From NCBI RefSeq assembly GCF_006345805.1, contig NW_021834476.1:1-48123 (forward strand): a DNA stretch of 48,123 bases, in the 5' to 3' direction. The notes beneath the pieces are model-generated. The model ran no database searches and was not told the DNA's origin. It was given only the letters and a program-made list of their open reading frames with translations. Shown in pieces: positions 1 to 11,683 of the stretch; position 1 is the first letter of the stretch; each line of letters begins with the position of its first letter. The translations under genes and the position numbers were made by a program. Source of the stretch: Octopus sinensis (taxonomy: Eukaryota).

Positions 1-134
1 CCAAATCCACTCACAAGGCATTGGTCGGCCCCGGGCTATAGCAGAAGACACTTGCCCAAGATGCCACGCAGTGGGACTGAACCTGGAACCATGTGGCTGG
101 TTAGCAAGCTACTTACCACACAGCCACTCCTGCG
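1..134 (-). mobile_element. tRNA-derived SINE, 5' part (cut by window edge)
   Basis: Reverse complement matches 208-341 with about 5 mismatches; A-box-like TGGCTGTGTGG and B-box-like GGTTCAGTCCC in the head. Confidence 0.85.
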
Positions 135-204
135 TTTAAATATTTTTTGTGCAAGATTTTTTATGTGAAGTCGTGTGTTGAAACAGATATTGTTATATAT
201 ATAT

Positions 205-610
205 AGGCGCAGGAGTGGCTGTTTGGTAAGTAGCTTGCTAACCAACCACATGGTTCCGGGTTCTGTCCCACTGCGTGGCATCTTGGGCAAGTGTCTTCTG
301 CTATAGCCCCGGGCCGACCAATGCCTTGTGAGTGGATTTGGTAGACGGAAACTGAAAGAAGCCTGTCGTATATATGTATATATATATAAGTGTGTGTGAA
401 TATGTTTGTGTGTCTGTGTTTGTTCCCCTAGCATTGCTTGACAACCGATGCTGGTGTGTTTATGTCCCTGTCACTTAGCGGTTCGGCAAAAGAGACCGAT
501 AGAATAAGTACTGGGCTTACAAAGAATAAGTCCCGGGGTCGATTTGCTCGACTAAAGGCGGTGCTCCAGCATGGCCGCAGTCAAATGACTGAAACAAGTA
601 AAAAGAGAGA

Positions 611-612
<2 letters not shown>
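205..612 (+). mobile_element. Full-length tRNA-derived SINE with CR1-like 3' tail
   Basis: tRNA-like head at ~208-280, body, then tail GGCGGTGCTCCAGCATGGCCGCAG...CTGAAAC followed by (TA)n; the tail recurs at 18340 and 25638. Confidence 0.85.
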
Positions 613-655
<43 letters not shown>

Positions 656-1022
656 GACATATATGTGTATATATGTGCACGTGTGCATGTGTGTATATAA
701 ATCTAAATATAGATTAGTGGTACAATAAGGCACCAATATTCACTGGAAATAGCAATCAATACAATTACAACACTATAGTAAAGCTTCACTGCGTATTTAC
801 TGCATAAGACATGTGAGTGCAACAAACTTGAAAAATTTGTCTTACCTTTAGGAAGAACATTTGATAAACAGACAACGTAGAATCGAATAATGCATGTTTC
901 TGAATTGGATAATGCAGGACTGCTTTCTGACCCTTCAAATATGTTCGTCAACATAAATTTGATCAGTCTTCATCAGCTGCATTTACCTAGATAACATTTC
1001 AATTGTTGCTGCATCAATGCCA

Positions 1023-1060
<38 letters not shown>

Positions 1061-1062
<2 letters not shown>

Positions 1063-3330
1063 TCACCATCATCATCATTTAGCGTCCGCTTTCCATGCTA
1101 GCATGGGTTGGACGGTTCAACTGCGGTCTGCACCAGGCCCAGTCTGATCTGGCAATGTTTCTATGGCTGGATGCCCTTCCTAACCCCAACCACTCCGTGA
1201 GGGTAGTGGGTGCTTTTTATTTTCCACCAGCACAGGTGCCAGACGGGGCTGGCAAACGGCCATGGTCAGATGGTGCTTTTTACGTGCCACCGGCACGGGG
1301 GCCAGGTGAGGCTGGCAACGGCCACGATAGGATGGTGCTTTTTATGTGCCACTGACACGGGGGCCCGGCGAGGCTGGCAACGGCCACGGTCAGATGGTTC
1401 TTTTTACGTGCCACCGGAACGGAGGCCAGGCGAGGCTGGCAACGGCCACAATCGAATGGTGCTTTTTACGTGCCACCAGCACGGAGGCCCGTCGGGGTGG
1501 GGCTAGCAATGGCCACGTTCGGATGGTTCGCTTTCATGCCACCGGCACTGTTATCACAGCTACAATTTCCATTGATGTTCATCGATTTTGATTTTGATTC
1601 TGATTCTCACTTGCCTCAACAGGTCTTCACAAGTAGAGTTTTGTGTCCCAAGAAGGAAAGGTATGCATAAGTGGACTGGCTGCATCCCAGGTATAGGTCA
1701 TGGGTTATGGTCTCACTTGTCCTGCCGGGTCTTCTCACACACAGCATACTTCCATAGGTCTCAGTCTCTAGTCATTTCCTTGGTGAGACCTAAGTTTGAA
1801 GGTCGTGCTTCACCACCTCGTCCCAGGTTTTCCTGGGTCTACCTCTTCCACAGGTTCCCTCAACCGCTAGGGTGTGGCACTTTTTCACACACCTATCTTC
1901 CTCCATTCTCATCACATGACCATACCAGCGCAAACGTCTCTCTTGCACACCACAACTGATGCTTCTTAGGTCCAACTTTTCTCTCAAGGTACTTACACTC
2001 TGTCGAGTATGAACACTGACATTACACATCCATTATACACATGCATCATACAATCTGCCTTTTACTTTGAGCGAGAGGCCTTTTGTCACCAGCAGGGGTA
2101 AGAGCTCTCTGAACTTTGCCCAGGCTATTCTTACTCTAGCAGTTACACTTTCAGCACACCCACCCCTGCTACTGACTTGGTCACCTAGGTAACAGAAGCT
2201 ATCAAATATTTCTAGTTTTTCTCCCTGGAATGTGATGGAAGTTGTTCTCTGCACATTTTCAGTGTTTATTGCTCCTGAGCAATTGTCACATACAAAAACT
2301 ATCTTCCCAGTAAGCCTTCCTTTGATATTGCTGCACCTCTTATGTGTTCATAGCTTACATCAAGTGCATCTTATAGAGTTTCTACCTATGCCTTTTCTAC
2401 AGATCAAGCAGGGCCATCTACCAGAAGGTGTTTGTTATTTGTCTACCTTCCTACTTATTCGGACTTCGGTTTTAGCTAGGTTGACTCTAGCTAGGCCCTT
2501 CAATTCTAATCCTTGCTTCTACACCTGAAACTTCTCCTCCAGTTCTGATAGTGACTCAGAAATTAGAGCAAGGTCATCAGCATAGAGGAGCTCCCAGGGG
2601 CATCCTGTCTTGAATTCCTCCATTATTGCCTGGAGGACTATGATAAATAGGAGGGGGCTGAGGACTGAGCCTTGGTGGACCCCAAACTCTACCCGGAATT
2701 TTTCACTGTACTCGTTGCCAAACCTCACCTTACTAGCAGCGTCCCTGTACATGGCTCACACAGCTCTAACTAACCATTCATCTATCCCTAGTTGCCTCAT
2801 TGACCACCAGATAAGGGATCGGGGGACCCTGTCGGAGGCTTTCTCCATGTCAACAAAAGCCAGGTACAGGGGCTTACCTTTGGCTAGGTATTTCTCCTGC
2901 AGCTGTCTTACCAGGAATATAGCATCAGTAGTACTTTTCCCTGGCACGAACCCAAACTGCATCTCATCTAAACTAACTCTCTCTCCAATTAGTTGGGCTA
3001 TGACCCTCTCTGTAACCTTCATTACCTGATCCAACAGCTTGATACCCCTGTAGTTATTTGTATCTAGGGCGTCACCTTTACCTTTGTAGCAGTTGACTAT
3101 TATGCTGCTACACCAGTCATTAGGAATGACTCCTTCGTGTATCACCTGGTTAACTATACGAGTGACTAGGCTATAGCCGACACTACCAGATATTTTGAGC
3201 ATCTCTGCAGTAATTCCTGATGGGCCTGGGGCTTTCCCTGTCTTCATGCTTCTAATTGCCTTAACTACCAAGGAACTGTCAACTTGGATAGCTGGTCCCT
3301 CTGTTGGGTCGACATTCGGCAGACTCTCTT
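1061..3330 (-). mobile_element. 5'-truncated RTE LINE (RT, PHD insert, C-terminus, 3' UTR, (TGA)n tail); disrupted
   Basis: ORFs 2756-3271, 2519-2752, 2033-2254 and 1790-2029 encode RT motifs (NYRGIKLL, QFGF, VDMEKA, QGSVLSP, YADD); colinear with the + copy from ~41560 onward. Confidence 0.95.
1211..1545 (-). repeat. ~62-bp minisatellite (~5.5 units) in the RTE 3' UTR
   Basis: Unit resembles GCTTTTTACGTGCCACCGGCACGGGGGCCAGGTGAGGCTGGCAACGGCCACGATAGGATGGT, repeated with divergence. Confidence 0.85.
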
Positions 3331-3351
3331 TTATATATACACATACATATG

Positions 3352-4194
3352 TATAAATAAATATAGAGATGGTATTATTAAAATACTGTCACGAATGGCA
3401 AGTGAATAATCAGCCGTACAGGCAAATAAATAAAATTTATACATACAATATTAGATATGCACATATATACACAAGAGCACTACATGAGCACCAACATTGC
3501 TAAAATAGAAGTCAAAAATACTTCTGTGCCGCCAAATAGTCACAAATCTACTACAGACATAATAGGAAAAAATTTCAGTGAACAATAATAACATCTTACC
3601 TCTGCTAGGTCAGAACAAATAATGCTGGTCAACTTGGTACTGGTTTTGAAATTTAGCGCCAAATTTCAAAAAATCAGGTGCCTGATTTCTCATCCGCCAA
3701 AGTCTGCCAGCTAATTACTACTAAAATTTTCCCCCACCATGCCTGCAAAATTTCATTTGAAGTGATCAAGCACTATAGGAACAAACGGAATGTGTGAAAT
3801 TATTTATAAATAAATATAGGGATGGTATTATTAAAATACCATCATGAGTGGCAAGCGAATTATCAGCTGTACAGGCAAATTAATAAAATACATTCATACA
3901 ATATTAGATATGTACATATATACACAAGGGCACTACATGAGCACCTACATTGCTTAAATAGAAATCAAAAATAACTTCTGTGCCACTAAATTTTGAAACC
4001 AATACCAAGTTGACCAGCATTATTTGTTCTGACCTAGCAGAGGAAAGACGTTATTATTGTTCACTGAAATTTTTTCCTATCATGTCTGTAGTAGATTTGT
4101 GACTATTCGGTGGCACAGAAGTATTTTTGACTTCCATTTTAGCAATGTAGTGCTCTTGTGTATATATGTACATATCTAATATTGCATATGTATA
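3352..4194. repeat. Composite direct plus inverted repeat (MITE/fold-back-like)
   Basis: 3352-3530 is directly repeated at 3805-3984; 3438-3659 is inverted at 3982-4194. Confidence 0.8.
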
Positions 4195-4204
4195 TTTTAC
4201 ATAT

Positions 4205-4420
4205 ATATATAGTTAATCCAAACATGAAAACACAAAGAGAAAACACAACAACGCGAGGACGTGGAATAAGTATAGTGTTATTGGACGCTCAGGAAAGGAA
4301 AGAAAGAAGGAGGATTTAACGTTTCGAACGGAGTTCTTCGTCAGAAACATAGAAAAAGGAAAAGTCCAAGGAAGGGAAGACGGAGAAAGAAAATCGCCCA
4401 ACGATACACATGTGGTCACA
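4205..4420 (-). mobile_element. Probable Penelope-like element terminal fragment with hammerhead-like motif
   Basis: Minus strand reads GTTT-CTGACGA-A-GAAC-TCC-GTTC-GAAACGTT-AAAT (4314-4348) and ends next to (TA)n; no protein evidence. Confidence 0.45.
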
Positions 4421-4436
4421 TATTGTGTGTGTGTGT

Positions 4437-4485
<49 letters not shown>

Positions 4486-5333
4486 AGAATGTTTACAATT
4501 ATGAACAAGTCACAGTTATAACTAAGAGGGTTTCAAAACCCTTACATGTTTAGAAATAGCAGTCAAAACTGCTATAAAGCCAGTTTTATCACTCATATTA
4601 TATTTCTCTTCACGATAACATGATAACATGTTTGGCCATTGATATATTAATAAATAATTATTAATTGTTTATAATATATCATCCATAATGTATTGTTATA
4701 TTACTTTCTAATTATTTAATTTTCCCAACTCATATCCGGTGACTTTGCAGTGGCTTGAATTTACCAGTCTTTCTCATAAACGCTGTGCATGGCATTTGAA
4801 TTCAAAACTTGAATGTGTAGATAGAAGTTGACATATCTCTCTTGCCAGTCGGGATACACTAAAGTAAGGTCTTCTATCTATAGGAATATTCCCAAGAAAC
4901 GAATGGGTTCCTTAAAAGGTCCCTAACATCGAAACTTGTAATAGGGAATTAACCAGTTATTTTTAAGTTGTGGATTCTATTTGTCATGTTGCCCGCAGAC
5001 AGCTTTTATTATGAAGAGAAATAATATGAGTGATAAAACTGGCTTTATAGCAGTTTTGCCTGCTATATCACACACACATACAAGCACGTGCACAAACATA
5101 AGTGCACATATACCTTCCACACGCACAACACACATACATACACACACATATAGACATGCACAAACACAGACACATGCACACACACAGGAATGCACATATA
5201 CCTCCACAGGTACCTTTCTACCTTTAAAAGCAAGGAGTTACAACCTCTTGTGTGATTTTTTGCTACACTGGTAACTATTTATCTATTTTTTCCGTGTTAA
5301 TTGCTAACAAGGGAAAAATACACTCATCTATTT

Positions 5334-5380
<47 letters not shown>

Positions 5381-5494
5381 CTAGCAGCTAAGGCCGGTTT
5401 CATTGATGATTAAATTTCAATTAAATATAACATTTGATCACTTGTTTTCTTTATTCAAAATTCGGACAGCATTTATGGGATGACCTGATAACTC

Positions 5495-5805
5495 ATATGT
5501 TAAACACTTTGGTCAAACAGTTAATAGTTCAAATGTTCATTATTGTTATCCAGTTGTATCACAGCAAGCACTCCAGATGTGTGATTGTTTTCATTTGTGA
5601 TGGTGTTGTAGTTCTCCAGCAGTTTGCAGTCCAACATCACAATTCCATCAATGTTGTTTTAGCATGTGCATTTGTTTCTCGTTTGTTGTTGTGGTTGTCA
5701 TTGTCATCTCATCCATTTCAATTTGTTGCTGAAGTGTTTGTTACAGGCTCGGTTTATGTCGTTGTACTCTTGTTGGATGATCTCTTCAAGTCTTGATTCC
5801 TCATA
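5495..5805 (+). repeat. 311-bp segment, probable donor of the copy at 7710-8020
   Basis: 3 substitutions versus 7710-8020; bounded by a 9-bp direct repeat CTCATATGT (5492-5500 and 5800-5808). Confidence 0.9.
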
Positions 5806-6019
5806 TGTGTGATCATGTTCTTGAGTTTCCAAGCTATACACCACTGAGTCATCAACTCAGCTGTAGGATGACTCAGGCTCAGAGAGAGTTAAGCTGGAAG
5901 ACCTAGGTGCATGCTACTGATCAACATCAAAAAGAGATAACCAAAATGTGTGCCCTAGGATTACCACCAAAGTATGCTGTGTATAACAAAGAAATTAATC
6001 AAATATGCATGCCAACCAA

Positions 6020-6310
6020 AACCCTTGTGAGTGGATTTGGTAGATGTAGACAGAAAAGTCTATTGTACAAGTGTATGTATATGCCCTCTTGTTTTAATAT
6101 GAGATAGTTAAAACAAGCATCACTGCCATACAAGCAGAGTTCCTCATTTCCAGTCGTCTGTGAAAACATGACTGGCCATGAGCAAATATTGCTTGTAAAC
6201 AGGAAGGGGTTGTGATAGGAAAGGCATCTGGCCATAGAAAATCTTCCTCAACAAATTCCATCTGACACATACAGGCATATAAAAGTGGACATTAAAACAA
6301 TGATAATGAG
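6020..6310 (+). mobile_element. Degenerate SINE-like relic with RTE-type tail
   Basis: CCTTGTGAGTGGATTTGGTAGA matches the SINE body; downstream GGAAAGGCATCTGGCC...GGACATTAAAACAATGATAATGA resembles the RTE 3' end. Confidence 0.5.
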
Positions 6311-7636
6311 GAATGTACAAGCAAGTATTTATGTCTCTTTGGTTTGACATTGAATGATAGTGGATGTTATTAGCTAAGTCAAAAGCAATTGAGTGTTGGT
6401 AACAGGAAGAAAATTTGCATCAACAAATTTCGTCTGGCCCATGGAAACAGAGAAAAGAGAATATTAAAAGGCTGAAGATGAGAATGATTATATAAGTAAT
6501 ACTATACTGTGTAATTTTGGTGCTTAGTTATTTTTTTGATTGTTTGTTATTCTGACATGCTGACAGCTAGCCAAAAAATATGAATAGTAAGAAAGTAACA
6601 ATGTGTGTGTGTGTGTGTGTTAGGGTGAGACAGAAAGAGAGAGTGGCTGTGAGTGGGTGTGTACACATATGTGTGACACCCATTATATTTAACATTTACA
6701 TTGGCAGTAGCAATTATTGTAGTAGAATATTAAATATGTCAACAGAGTGATATTGAATACTAGAGAAGTTATGATTGAAAGATGACTGGTGAGATTCTGC
6801 AACATTGTAAACCAATAGAGTCTCTAAACATTTTTTCTCCTCACCAGAATCTTTGTAACATTCCAAAGATATGAGAAGTTTCGAGCCATTAAAATTAGTT
6901 TGACAAGAAGTTGTGAAGAACGTCAGCAAATATGAAGAAATAACAGTATGATTAATTAATATGCTTTTATTATTAGGGCATGTTCAAATTCTATTATTTA
7001 TTTAGCATTCTCATATCATTTATTTTACTCTAGAATATATTTTGGGGAACTGTCAAAGCATATCTTATAAGGAACCTAATTCAGATTGTAATTTATGAGT
7101 GTGGTTCTTTTCACTTGGGTAACTGAAACAAGCAATGCTTTCCAATGCATTTTGTGTGCTCTGTGGCAGCATTTCCAGTCAATTCCATTACAATAATAAA
7201 AATAAGATTGTAACAGTGATTGATAAAAGTATTTCTGACAAATAATTATCCTCTACCCTTGTGTAATGAAACTTATTTCTGCAAATGTGCTAAGCACCGA
7301 TCTGATCATAGTTTAATCAATAAGTGTAGGAGCAAGGTAAATGCAGTAAAAATAGCAGGATCAGGGGGCCTCATTTAAGTGGCCTTCAGAAATTGAACCT
7401 CCTTTACTCCCTGGGAGTTCATGGTATGAAATTCATTGTCATTGCTCTGATTTGGCTGCCAATGCCATGTATTTAGTTTAAAATGCAGTAAAAATAAGGT
7501 TGGTCAGTGGGGCCTCAATTAGGAGGCCCTTAAAAAAATAGACCCCCTTAAGACATTCCTTGGGAGTAGGGGAGTTGCTGAATTGAGTTTCATTGTCCTT
7601 GCACCAAACGTAATGGACAAAGAAACATCACTCAAA

Positions 7637-8535
7637 TTAAGAAAATGACAGGGTGTTAGAACACCTACAATGCTAGAAGTATGAGCTAAAGTGCTCATAC
7701 TGCAGCATTATATGTTAAACACTTTGGTCAAACAGTTAATAGTTCAAATGTTCATTATTGTTATCCAGTTGTATCACAGCAAGCACTCCAGATGTGTGAT
7801 TGTTTTCATTTGTGATGGTGTTGTAGTTCTCTAGCAGTTTGCAGTCCAACATCACAATTCCATCAATGTTGTTTTAGCATGTGCATTTGTTTCTCGTTTG
7901 TTGTTGTGGTTGTCATTGTTGTCTCATCCATTTCAATTTGTTGCTGAAGTGTTTGTTACAGGCTCGGTTTATGTCGTTGTACTCTTGTTGGATGATCTCT
8001 TCAAGTCTTGATTCCTCATAATGCTGCAGTCACCACACATAATTGTCTACATACATACTGACAACGACCTTAAATGGCCAAAATCAGCAGTTGTGATATC
8101 CCTATACTATCAGCAGTTTTGACTTTAAGACTGAAGCCTCTGCAGTAGGGTCAGCACCACTTGCCAGATTCCAAATAAGATCACCACCAGTATATAAATC
8201 TACTCCATAAAAAATCTATGGATAATTTAGCAAATTTATGTGTATACACATTAGCGATTCGCTATATCATCCATAGATTTTTATGGAGTAGACATATATA
8301 ATGGTGATGATCTTATCTGGAATATGGCAAGTGGTGCCTACTGAAGAGGCTTTGGTCTTAAAGCCAAAACCGTTGATGGTATAGGGATATCATAACTGCT
8401 GATTTCAGCCGTTTACAGTCACTGACAGTATGTATGTATGTATGTATACAATTATGTGTGTTGATTGCAGTATCAGAGCACTTTAGCTCTTATTTCTAGC
8501 ATTGTAGGTGTTCTAACATCCTCTGTCATATTTAA
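7637..8535. repeat. Fold-back element (arms ~275 bp, ~45-nt loop) interrupted by the 311-bp insertion
   Basis: 7637-7709 plus 8021-8223 pair with 8269-8535. Confidence 0.8.
7710..8020 (+). repeat. Recent 311-bp copy of 5495-5805
   Basis: Direct base-by-base comparison; flanked by a 12-bp inverted repeat ACTGCAGCATTA / TAATGCTGCAGT. Confidence 0.9.
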
Positions 8536-8624
8536 TGACTATTATAATTTTCGTTTTTGGTGTTACATTGCTAAACTGATACCTAATTTAATTTATATAT
8601 ACACACACACACACACATATATAT

Positions 8625-8770
8625 ATAGTAGGCATCTGGCAGTCTTGAGAGGCCATGAATCTGCACCCAAAGAAATCATGTCAGCTGCTGATGGTGGTGC
8701 CGCATCTGTTGTGGCTATACAGGCCCACATGGGAGTGGCAGTCACACATACAGCAACTGCATTTAAAGGA
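8625..8770 (-). mobile_element. 3'-terminal relic of a BovB-type RTE (C-terminal zinc finger)
   Basis: Minus-strand translation SCCMCDCHSHVGLYSHNRC resembles the RTE C-terminal CxxC..CxSxxGLxSHxxxC motif. Confidence 0.45.
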
Positions 8771-9657
8771 AAGAGCTCTACTATGAACAGTCAGAATATG
8801 CTACAGCTAACATTTTTAATACCTTTTCCTCCATGTTGAAAGATTTCATATTAGGATCTTATTACGATGTCATATATTAGATTATTCTTTTTTGTAACTT
8901 ATGCAAAGTGTTCTTCCAATTAGAATGAGGTCATAGACATGTTATTGTCAAGCAGACTAGCATTATGATTAGTGGTAATTGAGTATTAAGGAAACAGACA
9001 GATCTATAACAGGATGTTCTAGAAACAAAACTTTATTCAAGGCTTTGCAACTTCCCTTGGCTAGTCATTGTTAAGTCTACTTTTAAGGATAATAGTTATT
9101 AAATCTCTGTCAAAGGATATGTTTATAATCAATTATAAATAAACTTGATAATCTAGTTCTTATCCTGCCAAAACCCCAAATAAAATAGTACCTTACTTTT
9201 CTAACTATTTTTACCCTGATTCTATTTTCTTGGACAGTTTTCACAAAATTCTAAAACAATAGAAAATACTTAAGTTTCTAAAATTACTGTATAGAAACAT
9301 CAATACCAATATGTGAGTATCTAATTTCAAAGCTTTTACATTATTCATTTTTCATTATGGCTACTTCAGGTTACAGAAATTGTAAAGTATGACCGCTAAT
9401 TTTGAAATATGGTCTGTAATTTCCCCCTTACGTAAACTTGGATGAATTTAAAAGATTTAAGAACTCATTGTCCTTAACCAAAACACTGCTTTTGGGTGAT
9501 TTAGTTTAATTCAAAGTATAGTTAATATTCTGAAAAACAATAATCATGATGTGTGTGTGTGTGTGTGTGCGCATGTATCACTATAAGTACTTATAGAATG
9601 TGGGATGGAATTTTTCAGTGAATATTTGTGTATATTTCCTTGGGTCACAATGAATAT

Positions 9658-9940
9658 TTCATCATCATTTAACATCTGTGTTCCATGCTCAGATGGATGG
9701 GATGGTACCACAAGAGCTGGCCAGGCTGAAGCCTGCACAGGACTCCTGTGGCTTTTGGCAGGATTTTTACAGCTGGATGCCTTTCCTAACACCAACCACT
9801 CAGCAGAGTGAACTTAGTGCTTTTTACATGGCAGAAGTATAGGCAAGGTGAGTAGTGCTTTTTATGTGGCACAAGCACAGGCGGGGTCAGTTTTGGCAAG
9901 GTTTTTACAGCTGGATGCCCTTCCGAACACCAACCAGTTA
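9658..9940 (-). mobile_element. Degenerate RTE-type 3' tail
   Basis: ATCATCATTTAAC start and two copies of CAGCTGGATGCC(C/T)TTCC(T/G)AACACCAACCA, matching the RTE tail at 1061-1200. Confidence 0.7.
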
Positions 9941-10062
9941 GTTCGAGGAAATCATATCCTCATTAGGGATTATATAATCCAAGGTGTTCCACTGCTTTAA
10001 CCCATATCATATAATGCAAAAGTCATTGGTATATGTTCAGGATTATTGAAATTATCAATACT

Positions 10063-10617
10063 GGGGAAAAAACAAGAAGAAAATGGAGAATAAATGGATG
10101 TAATTACTAATTTATTTGTATGTTAGAAAAAGATGACATTAAAACAAAAAAATAACAGTACAAGTAAATTGATTAGAAGTTGAAAGCTCAAAGAAAAATA
10201 ACGATAAAAATGTTGATGAGAATTTCAAAGCATTTTGCTTAATGCTAAGAAAGTTGACACATTCCAACTATATGGTGGTAGGACTTTGTCAGGGTTAATA
10301 TAGATTATTTCATTTTATGATTACCTAAGTTGCATGAGCTATATATGAACCCTGATGAAGTCCTACCACCATATAGTTGGAATGTGGCAACTTTCTTAGC
10401 ATTAAACAAAATGCTTTGAAATTCCTATCAACTAGATGATAGGACATATGTGTAGGTTCTTTTTTTCTTTTTTATCTTGATTTATTTTTCTATGAGCTTT
10501 CAGCTTCTAATGAATTTATTTGTACTGTAATTTTTTGTAAAAAATGTCATCTTGTGTAACATACAAATAAATTGGTAATTACATGCATTTATTCTCCATT
10601 TTCTTCTTGTTTTTCCC

Positions 10618-10620
<3 letters not shown>
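10063..10620. repeat. Fold-back inverted repeat (arms ~235 bp, ~40-nt spacer)
   Basis: 10063-10300 pairs with 10342-10620; the right arm carries an extra ~55-nt insert. Confidence 0.85.
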
Positions 10621-10659
<39 letters not shown>

Positions 10660-10720
10660 GGTCCCGGGTTGAGTCGGGGTTAACCACAGTAAATAAGGTA
10701 CTCAATACATAGCAAAGTAA

Positions 10721-10829
10721 ATTAATTTATTTTATAGAAGGAGCTTCTACAGGACTAGAACTGTTTCATTCAAAAGAACTTTTGAATGAAACAGTTCTAG
10801 TCCTGTAGAAGCTCCTTCTATAAAATAAA

Positions 10830-10834
<5 letters not shown>
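10721..10834. repeat. Perfect palindrome, 56-bp arms with a 2-nt (AA) spacer
   Basis: 10721-10776 is the exact reverse complement of 10779-10834. Confidence 0.95.
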
Positions 10835-10867
<33 letters not shown>

Positions 10868-10870
<3 letters not shown>

Positions 10871-11177
10871 GAGGCGCAATGGCCCAGTGGTTAGGGCAGC
10901 GGACTCGCGGTCGTAGGATCGTGGTTTTGATTCCCAGACTGGGCATTGTGAGTGTTTATTGACCAAAAACACCAAAATGCTCCACGAGGCTCCGGCAGGG
11001 GGTGGTGATCCCTGCTGTACTCTTTCACCACTCTTTCTCTCAATCTTTCGTCTGTTGGCCTGCTCGTTTAGCCAGCGGGGTGGCGTCATTTGAAGGCTAA
11101 AACAATGTCAAGCGTATTGTGACCAGCGATGTGTAGCAACATCTGATAGCCTGGTCGGTCACGGTGATCACGGTGAT
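10868..11177 (+). mobile_element. tRNA-derived SINE, second family
   Basis: A-box TGGCCCAGTGG, B-box-like GGTTTTGATTCCC, 3' CACGGTGAT repeats, flanked by (TA)n. Confidence 0.85.
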
Positions 11178-11352
11178 ATATATATATATATATGCCGGCT
11201 TGCATATGAAAAGACTTGTTTTATTTCCATTCCTGAGCGCCATACTAATACAATTGTTTGTTTGTACTCCACCTGCCTTCATCTTTTGTTTATTTTCGTA
11301 AAGCTTCCCGTTATATACACATATATATATATATGTATGTATGTATGGATGT

Positions 11353-11383
<31 letters not shown>
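11353..11383. repeat. (ATAG)n array at the Tx1 3' junction
   Basis: Directly visible. Confidence 0.95.
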
Positions 11384-11384
<1 letters not shown>

Positions 11385-11683
11385 CTTTCTTTTATTAGCC
11401 ACACAGGGCTGAATACAGAGGGGACAAATACAAATGCAGAGCTTTTCTTTTCGAGGGTGGAAAAAAAAGAAAATAAATGTAAGATTGCGATCAAAAGGGA
11501 TCGAGAGGAGGAAAAAAAAAGAAAAGAAATTGTGTATCACAGAAGTAATGATAAAAACATTGATATAACAAGATTGGGTTCATCCATGGGAAGAAAAGCA
11601 TACAGAAAAGACCATGGGAACCTCAGTCAGGGAGGAAATAACCACATGAGATCAAAATGCTCTCTTTCTTTCTTTTTTACGAT

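Noticed and set aside
208-280. tRNA gene calls at SINE heads (also 10870-10940)
   Set aside because: The heads continue into SINE bodies and lack an intact cloverleaf or acceptor stem.
5844-5876. 10-bp hairpin with an AP-1-like TGA(G/C)TCA in each arm; with ACTAGCAGC at ~5380, a possible Helitron-like element
   Set aside because: Short motifs are expected by chance, and the spacing to CTAG does not fit a Helitron 3' end.
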